Part shown: positions 54,435-60,517 of the stretch, in pieces
Position numbering within the stretch: position 1 is the stretch's first letter
Layout: the number at the start of each line of letters is the position of its first letter
Source: Eubacteriales bacterium
GTDB taxonomy: Bacteria; Bacillota; Clostridia; Oscillospirales; QAKW01
Reading direction: 5' to 3'
NCBI GenBank assembly: GCA_045576575.1
Contig: JAZNGR010000130.1
Span: 1-60,517, forward strand
DNA: 60,517 bases
Position numbers and translations under genes: made by a program
The notes under the pieces: generated by a model
What the model was told of the DNA's origin: nothing
The model's input: the letters and a program-made list of their open reading frames with translations, nothing else
Database searches by the model: none

Positions 54435-55958
54435 ATGGAATGTAATCAGCAGCAAGCAAAGGTAGCAGCGACCAAAACACTGTATGAAAACTTTTGGGAA
54501 GAAAAGTGTGAATGTGATCTTTTGATCCCCGATTATTTTCCGGCCGCCGAAAAAATCATACAATGCAGTGCAGTGCCGGTGATCGTATCGAAAGAGATTG
54601 AAGGAGATCGGTTAAATGTGGAAGGGCATTGCCGTTTTTGCATTATTTATCAAGGAGAAGACGGCGGTGAGATCAAGTCCTTTGGAGAAACTGTAAGTTT
54701 TAGCGAAAGTTTCCCGCTTAAAGATGGCGGAGTGCAGCCTTGGGCACAAACTGTTCTTCGGGTAGCCGGTACCTCCTGCCGTTTATTGAATCCGCGAAAA
54801 ATTAGCGCAAAAGCGACCGTTTCGGTTGCGGTTAAGGTGCGGGATCAGCAAATGAATGATGCAATTGAGAGTATGGATTGCAAGGAGGCAGAGGCGCTTT
54901 TTACACCAACTACAGTCTACACCGTTTTAGAGCATGTTGCCGATACGGTTCGCATTCAGGGTGAAATTGAGGTGCATACCGATATTCAGGATATATTGAA
55001 AACAGACGGGTCGGTCTGTATCAAAGATATCAAAATGTTACCTGGAAAGGCAATTGTTAAAGGCGTTGTGAATCTCTTTTTACTGTTCACACAAGAATTA
55101 GATCCCTCCAAGGTGGAAAGTACATCTACTGCTATTCCATTTAGTCAGGTTCTTGAACTAAATCAGCAAGAAGACCATTGCTTGATGGAAGCTACTGCAT
55201 CTATTTTAAACCTTCGTAGTGATGTTGAGGCGGATGAAAACGGAAAAAACCGCATGATATCACTTACCGCAACGGTCATGACCGAAGGGGAGGTTTATCA
55301 GAATCAAGAACATCAGTTTTTAAGTGATGTATATTCTTTTTCATATCCCTTAGAATGTGAAGAATCGCAGATTTTTACTGAGGAATTGGTTGAAAAGAGT
55401 GAATTGACTGATCATTTGCGTCATGAATTACAGTGGGATGAAACAGATGCGCAAATTATTCAGGTTACGGGGATGCCGATCATTCAAAAGATCACCGGTC
55501 AAAATAAAACGTTGTCAATGGAGGGCGTTTTGGATCTTTCAATCTTTATGATTGAAGGAGAACAGTGCAGAAGCATTGACAAGGTTTTACCCTTTACAGT
55601 GAAAAAGGAACTCAAACAGCTTTCGGAGCATATGCGCTGCGAGGTGAGACCTTGTATTTTGGGTTTTGACGCAAGAATTGACAGTGGGAAGTTGGAGATT
55701 AAGACAGAAATTCAGTGTTCAGTCATGATTTTCGCCAAACATGGTTTTGATGTGGTTTCAAAGGTGCGAATGGATGTGGATCATCCCCTTGAGAAGTCCG
55801 ATGCAGTTCCGCTGATTGTTTATTTTGCTGAAAAAGGGGAAAGGCTTTGGGATATTGCGCGTAAATATGCCACTTCCGTTGCTGCCATCAAATCTGCAAA
55901 TGAGATGGAACAAGATATTTTGAGTGAGAAAAGATTACTGCTGATTGCCAGAACATAA
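54435..55958 (+). CDS. sipL: SipL/SpoVID-like spore coat morphogenetic protein (DUF3794/SPOCS region plus C-terminal LysM)
   Basis: 507 aa. Repeated beta-rich DUF3794-like N-terminal region. The C-terminal LysM-like segment is PLIVYFAEKGERLWDIARKYATSVAAIKSANEM. Size and architecture match what I recall for C. difficile SipL. Confidence 0.7.
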   Translation: MECNQQQAKVAATKTLYENFWEEKCECDLLIPDYFPAAEKIIQCSAVPVIVSKEIEGDRLNVEGHCRFCIIYQGEDGGEIKSFGETVSFSESFPLKDGGVQPWAQTVLRVAGTSCRLLNPRKISAKATVSVAVKVRDQQMNDAIESMDCKEAEALFTPTTVYTVLEHVADTVRIQGEIEVHTDIQDILKTDGSVCIKDIKMLPGKAIVKGVVNLFLLFTQELDPSKVESTSTAIPFSQVLELNQQEDHCLMEATASILNLRSDVEADENGKNRMISLTATVMTEGEVYQNQEHQFLSDVYSFSYPLECEESQIFTEELVEKSELTDHLRHELQWDETDAQIIQVTGMPIIQKITGQNKTLSMEGVLDLSIFMIEGEQCRSIDKVLPFTVKKELKQLSEHMRCEVRPCILGFDARIDSGKLEIKTEIQCSVMIFAKHGFDVVSKVRMDVDHPLEKSDAVPLIVYFAEKGERLWDIARKYATSVAAIKSANEMEQDILSEKRLLLIART

Positions 55959-55969
55959 GAACAGCGATT

Positions 55970-56008
55970 GCGTGCTTTTTCGATTTTGTCGGAAAAGCAC
56001 GTTTTTTA
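55970..56008 (+). terminator. Terminator after sipL
   Basis: CGTGCTTTTTC / GGAAAAGCACG hairpin (one bulge) followed by TTTTTT. Confidence 0.75.
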
Positions 56009-56018
56009 TTTATTATTA

Positions 56019-56047
56019 TTGCAACTTTTAAAATATAGTGATATAAT
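56019..56047 (+). promoter_or_regulatory. Sigma-A-type promoter candidate for recJ-relA-dtd
   Basis: TTGCAA, 17-nt spacer, TATAAT, about 30 nt upstream of the recJ ATG. Confidence 0.5.
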
Positions 56048-56077
56048 AAATTATTATTTTAAAGGAGGTCTTATATA

Positions 56078-58129
56078 ATGCGCAATTGGAAAGTGTTAAA
56101 ACAAAACGAGCATGATGTTTCTGCATTGTGTAAGACCTTGCATTGTTCTCATTTTTTTGCGCGAATTCTATTGAACCGTGGAATTGTCACACCCGGTGAT
56201 GCCAAGGCGTTTTTAAAAACCTCGGCAGATGCTTTGCATGATCCGTATCTGTTTACAAACATGAAAGCGGTTGTAGAACGAATCGTTACTGCAATTCGTC
56301 GCGGAGAAAAGATGACGGTTTATGGTGATTATGATGTGGATGGCATTACCGCAACTGCATTATTGATGAAAGTGTTGCGAGAGTTTGGCGGTAAGGTCGA
56401 TTTTTATATCCCCAGCCGTTTTACCGATGGTTACGGTGTAAACAGTGCGGTTATTAAGCGAATTGCATCCGAAGGAACGACACTGTTGATCACCGTGGAT
56501 ACCGGTATTACTGCCGTTGCTGAAGTGAAAGAAGCGCAGGAGTTGGGCGTGGATGTGATTATCACCGATCACCATGAATGTCAGAGTCAACTTCCCGATA
56601 CGTTGATCTTGAATCCTAAGTGCCCGAACAGTGGGTATCCCTTTGCTGAACTTGCCGGTGTAGGCGTTGTTTATAAACTTGCTTGCGCGTTGAATGATCT
56701 TTTGGGGCATGGTGATGGAGTGGAGCGTTATGCGCCTTTTGCTGCCATTGGAACGGTGGCGGACATTATGCCGATGCGGGAAGAAAACCGATTTATTGTT
56801 CGCAAAGGGCTTGAACTGATGAAGGACTTGGATTGTCCAGGACTGCAGGTATTATTGGATCGTTGCGTTGGGGAGCGTCCGATTGATACTTCAACGATTG
56901 GTTTTACCATTGCTCCTCGTATTAATGCTGCGGGGCGGATGGGTAGTGCGCAGCTGGGCGTTGAACTATTGACCACGCGTGATGAGAAGCTTGCGGAAGA
57001 AGTGGTTGAAGAACTTTGTAGGGAAAACCAACAACGTCAATCGACTGAAAATAAGATTTTAAATCAAGCGATTGATATGATTGAAACGGATCCGAATATT
57101 CGCGATCGTAATGCGATTGTTCTTTGGGATGAAGATTGGCACAATGGAGTGATTGGAATCGTTGCTTCCCGATTGAAAGAGCGCTATGGAAAGCCGTGCA
57201 TTCTCTTTACGGTCAACGGTGAGTTTGCAAAAGGCTCCGGGCGCAGTGTTCGTCCGTTTAATCTGTTTGAGGCGTTGGAACAATTGTCAGATGGATTGGA
57301 AAAATTTGGTGGACATGCTTTTGCTGCCGGTGTTCTTGTACGTACCGAGGAATTGGAGCGTTTTCGTGATTTGTTTTGCCAAAAGGTGGATGCCTTTTTG
57401 GCAAAAAACCAATTTGACGAATCCATAGAAGTGGATTGCCTTTTGAATGAGGCGGATCTTACTGTACATAAGATTCGTGAGTTGGATAAACTTGCACCCT
57501 TTGGGCGTTGTAATGAAAGCCCGGTATTTGGCTTTTTGAATGCAGAGTTGCTAGAAGCGGTGCCGACTGCAAATGGCAACCATATGCGATTGAGCCTTCG
57601 GTGCGGTAACCTGCGGGTTACAGCATTTTATTTTAATGTGACTGCGGCGGAGTTTTGCTATCAATCCGGAGAGACTGTTGATATTGTTTTTGAGGCGGAT
57701 ATCAACGAATACAACGGAAGATACAGCGTAAGATTGTTGACTAAAGATGTTCGATATAGCCGTGAGAAAAGTGGATCATTAATGAATTTGATTCGGCGAT
57801 TTGAACATTTTGAGGTTGCCCAAGAGGATATTCCGTCACGTAACGATGTAGCATCGGTATATCGCTATTTCAAAAAACAGGAGAATCTTGACAGTCGTTG
57901 TTTTGATTTATTCACACTAAGAGATCGCATCGCGCGTGAGCAGCAAGGGCATTTGACTTTTGGAGCAATTTATTTTTCGTTGTCTGCTCTTCGTGAATTG
58001 GGCGTTTTGGATTATGGCCTTTCAAATTCTATACTGTCGGAAATAAGAATCCATCCTGAAAACCATGTGAATTTGGAAGATTCGGTTATACTAAAAAAAA
58101 TAAAGAAAAAGGTAGGTGAGATCGGATGA
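56078..58129 (+). CDS. recJ: Single-stranded-DNA-specific exonuclease RecJ
   Basis: 683 aa. DHH-family motifs YGDYDVDGIT, TVDTG and IITDHHE, plus the DHHA1 motif GGHAFAAG. Confidence 0.95.
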   Translation: MRNWKVLKQNEHDVSALCKTLHCSHFFARILLNRGIVTPGDAKAFLKTSADALHDPYLFTNMKAVVERIVTAIRRGEKMTVYGDYDVDGITATALLMKVLREFGGKVDFYIPSRFTDGYGVNSAVIKRIASEGTTLLITVDTGITAVAEVKEAQELGVDVIITDHHECQSQLPDTLILNPKCPNSGYPFAELAGVGVVYKLACALNDLLGHGDGVERYAPFAAIGTVADIMPMREENRFIVRKGLELMKDLDCPGLQVLLDRCVGERPIDTSTIGFTIAPRINAAGRMGSAQLGVELLTTRDEKLAEEVVEELCRENQQRQSTENKILNQAIDMIETDPNIRDRNAIVLWDEDWHNGVIGIVASRLKERYGKPCILFTVNGEFAKGSGRSVRPFNLFEALEQLSDGLEKFGGHAFAAGVLVRTEELERFRDLFCQKVDAFLAKNQFDESIEVDCLLNEADLTVHKIRELDKLAPFGRCNESPVFGFLNAELLEAVPTANGNHMRLSLRCGNLRVTAFYFNVTAAEFCYQSGETVDIVFEADINEYNGRYSVRLLTKDVRYSREKSGSLMNLIRRFEHFEVAQEDIPSRNDVASVYRYFKKQENLDSRCFDLFTLRDRIAREQQGHLTFGAIYFSLSALRELGVLDYGLSNSILSEIRIHPENHVNLEDSVILKKIKKKVGEIG

Positions 58130-60297
58130 GCATTGATGAAAAACTGTTTTTGAATTTTGCAGAAGTATTGCGTAAAGACGAGCGCAAGTTTGATGTTGAT
58201 AAAATTGAACGTGCGTATCTTCGCGCTAAAGAACAGCATGAAGGTCAATTACGCTCATCTGGTGAACCTTATGTCTGCCATCCCATTGAGGTTGCAAAGC
58301 TGGTATATGAATTTGGTTTAGATACCGATTCTATTGTGTCTGCCTTTTTGCATGATACCATTGAAGATACGGCAATGACTTATGCCGATATAAAAAAAGA
58401 ATTTGGCGAGGGATGTGCCGCTTTAGTTGACGGTGTTACCAAACTGGGGCAAATTTCCTATACAACCAAGGAAGAGGCGCAGATTGAATATCTTCGTAAG
58501 ATGTTTTTGGCAATGGCGAAAGATATTCGCGTGATCTTGATCAAGCTGGCGGATCGGCTGCATAATGTTCGTACCTTAGGTGCTCGCCCGCGAGACAAAC
58601 AGTTGCATACTGCCCGCGAGACGCTGGAAATCTATGCGCCTTTAGCGCACCGTCTTGGTATGCAAAAGGTCAAGCAGGAAATGGAAGATATCTCGGTATC
58701 TTATTTGGATCCGGATGGCTGTAAACTAATTGGAGATCGTTTGCGGGAGACCGAGGTTAACGGTCATGACTTTATTGAAAAAACCCAGCAGATGATCTGC
58801 GAAAGAATAAAGGAATATGATATTCCTTTTAAGCTTACCTATCGGTTGAAGCATACGTTTAGCATCTATCGTAAACTGTTTACTCAAAATAAAACGTTTG
58901 AGGAGTTATATGATTTATATGCTTTTCGTTTGATAACCGATACGGTGACAGATTGCTATTTTTTGCTGGGCGTAATTCATGACCTTTATAATCCGATTCC
59001 CGGGCGATTCAAAGATTATATTTCTACTCCGAAACCAAATATGTATCAATCGTTGCACACAACGGTTATCGGAAAAGAGGGAATCCCCTTCGAGGTTCAG
59101 ATCCGTACTTGGGATATGCATAATACCGCAGAATACGGTATCGCAGCGCATTGGAAGTATAAGAGTGGCGTTCAAGACGGCAAGGCGACCATCGACGATA
59201 AACTGAAATGGGTTCGTACACTTTTGGAGACGCAGGAGGATGTGTCGGACACTGAAGACTTTATCAAAGCCTTAAAGATTGACCTTTTTGATGATGAAGT
59301 GTTTGTGTTTACACCGAGAGGGGATGTAGTCAATCTGCCGGCGGGTTCTACCGTGATTGACTTTGCCTATGCTATTCATAGTGCGGTTGGTAATAAGATG
59401 GTTGGTGCCAAAGTGAACGGTAAAATCGTCGGTTTGGAGTATCAGCCTCAAAACGGTGAGATCATAGAGATCCTGACGACTTCATCCGCGAATCACGGAC
59501 CTTCCCGTGACTGGTTAAAGATTGTAAAGACCAGTGAAGCAAAGCAGAAAATACGTCATTGGATCAAAAATGAGCGTCGGGAAGAAAATGTGGCGGAAGG
59601 TCTGGATGAGTTGGAAAAGGCGCTCAAACGAAGCGGAATCCGACTGCCCAAGGAGAATCGCGATGAGATCTTAAAGACCATTGCACTGCAACTACATTTT
59701 AATTCCATCGAAGATCTTTATGCCGCCATCGGTTACGGCGGTATGACAGTCGCAAAGGTGGAACGGCGTATTCGGGATTATTGTGATCAGCTGGAAAAAG
59801 AGAATAAACCCATTAAGATCGTACCCGTTTCAAAACCAAAGGCAAGCGCCGGCGGTGTTGTTGTGGAAGGGATTGATAATTGCCTGATTAAATTTGCGAA
59901 ATGTTGCAATCCTTTGCCGGGTGACTATATTTGCGGATTTATTACTAAGGGTTATGGTGTTTCGATTCATAAAACCGATTGCCCCAATGCACGAAAAGGT
60001 ATGGAAATGGAAGCGGAGCGTTGGTTGGCGGCCCATTGGGACGAAACGGAAACTGGTAGTTTTACCACCACGCTGTTGATTCGTGTTAACGACGCCATCG
60101 GCGTTATGGCAAATCTGACCCGTATTCTTGCGGATTTGAAAGTGAATATCCGTAGCCTTTCTTCTCGCGAAGAGGAAACAGATGTTTCAATCATCTCTAT
60201 GAGCATTGAGGTGCATAGTTTGGATCATTTGAATTATATTTCTTCCAAGATTCGTAAGAATCCGGATGTGATTGATATTCAAAGAGCAAATCAATAG
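58126..60297 (+). CDS. relA: Bifunctional (p)ppGpp synthetase/hydrolase (RelA/SpoT homolog, Rel)
   Basis: 723 aa. HD hydrolase (HPIEVA, HDTIEDT), synthetase (YQSLHTTV, EVQIRT), TGS (VFVFTPRGDVVNLP) and a C-terminal ACT-like domain. ATGA overlap with recJ. Confidence 0.96.
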   Translation: MSIDEKLFLNFAEVLRKDERKFDVDKIERAYLRAKEQHEGQLRSSGEPYVCHPIEVAKLVYEFGLDTDSIVSAFLHDTIEDTAMTYADIKKEFGEGCAALVDGVTKLGQISYTTKEEAQIEYLRKMFLAMAKDIRVILIKLADRLHNVRTLGARPRDKQLHTARETLEIYAPLAHRLGMQKVKQEMEDISVSYLDPDGCKLIGDRLRETEVNGHDFIEKTQQMICERIKEYDIPFKLTYRLKHTFSIYRKLFTQNKTFEELYDLYAFRLITDTVTDCYFLLGVIHDLYNPIPGRFKDYISTPKPNMYQSLHTTVIGKEGIPFEVQIRTWDMHNTAEYGIAAHWKYKSGVQDGKATIDDKLKWVRTLLETQEDVSDTEDFIKALKIDLFDDEVFVFTPRGDVVNLPAGSTVIDFAYAIHSAVGNKMVGAKVNGKIVGLEYQPQNGEIIEILTTSSANHGPSRDWLKIVKTSEAKQKIRHWIKNERREENVAEGLDELEKALKRSGIRLPKENRDEILKTIALQLHFNSIEDLYAAIGYGGMTVAKVERRIRDYCDQLEKENKPIKIVPVSKPKASAGGVVVEGIDNCLIKFAKCCNPLPGDYICGFITKGYGVSIHKTDCPNARKGMEMEAERWLAAHWDETETGSFTTTLLIRVNDAIGVMANLTRILADLKVNIRSLSSREEETDVSIISMSIEVHSLDHLNYISSKIRKNPDVIDIQRANQ

Positions 60298-60305
60298 GAG
60301 GAATA

Positions 60306-60517
60306 ATGAGAGCAATATGCACAGTTGTGAAACATGCGGCACTGCGCGTGGAGGGAGAGTTGATCTCTGAAATCGGAAGAGGAATGCTTGTGTTTTGCGG
60401 GTTTCACGAAAATGACACTAAAGAGTCCATTGAAAAAGCTTTGAAAAAAGTTGCCGGTCTTCGGGTCATGGATGATCCGGATGGAAAACTGAATTGTTCC
60501 CTGGCTGATGTTGATGG
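60306..60517 (+). CDS. dtd: D-aminoacyl-tRNA deacylase (5' part; runs off the window)
   Basis: AGGAGG RBS. MRAICTVVKHAALRVEGELISEIGRGMLVFCGF matches the Dtd N-terminal pattern. relA-dtd synteny is common in Firmicutes. Confidence 0.85.
   Translation, partial: MRAICTVVKHAALRVEGELISEIGRGMLVFCGFHENDTKESIEKALKKVAGLRVMDDPDGKLNCSLADVD

Noticed and set aside
1-60517. A defense island, toxin-antitoxin pair, RiPP or biosynthetic cluster, or other large novel system.
   Set aside because: Nearly every ORF over 100 aa is accounted for by housekeeping or sporulation families in conserved Firmicute synteny. The unassigned ORFs are ordinary-looking membrane proteins or lipoproteins. I saw no nuclease, helicase, methylase, ATPase or recombinase hallmarks.

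Overview
This 60.5-kb window looks like core chromosome of a spore-forming, low-to-mid GC Firmicute (Clostridia-like). I cannot assign a species from sequence alone. About 55 genes lie almost entirely on the + strand, many joined by 1-8 nt overlaps. In order:

- **381-9541:** a nine-gene aromatic amino-acid operon (aminotransferase, pheA, aroB, aroC, an aroE-aroK fusion, aroQ, aroA, tyrA, DAHP synthase).
- **9588-14453:** RNase P RNA on the - strand, then murD and three tandem M42 peptidases.
- **14518-24465:** smc, ftsY, rph, rdgB, yhbY, a nadD-yqeK fusion, rsfS and leuS.
- **24765-24919:** a minus-strand tRNA-Gly/tRNA-Arg pair.
- **25051-29886:** a histidine phosphatase and an MFS transporter, then a P-type ATPase behind a probable yybP-ykoY (Mn2+) riboswitch.
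- **30673-33384:** an atypical ger locus.
- **33483-41296:** lon, engB, an M50 protease, scpA, scpB, ytfI, ytfJ, a DD-carboxypeptidase and rluB.
- **41310-52954:** lipoproteins with a GHL10-amidase fusion, an M16 peptidase pair, lgt, folD, membrane proteins and a VanY-like peptidase.
- **53039-60517:** DUF421/DUF4363, an unlisted 26-codon spoVM, a SipL/SpoVID-like protein, recJ, relA and partial dtd.

I see no CRISPR array, transposase, integrase, prophage or defense-island signature, and I do not think a large novel system is present. The observations most worth a second look are small-scale:

- a Phe/Tyr-rich mini-ORF with competing terminator and antiterminator helices ahead of the aro operon;
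- a duplicated tRNA-Arg 3' end split by a 149-bp segment bounded by 9-bp inverted repeats;
- the riboswitch-ATPase unit;
- the miniaturised ger locus;
- the spoVM-sipL coat-morphogenesis pair.

All family calls rest on motif recognition by eye, not on database searches.
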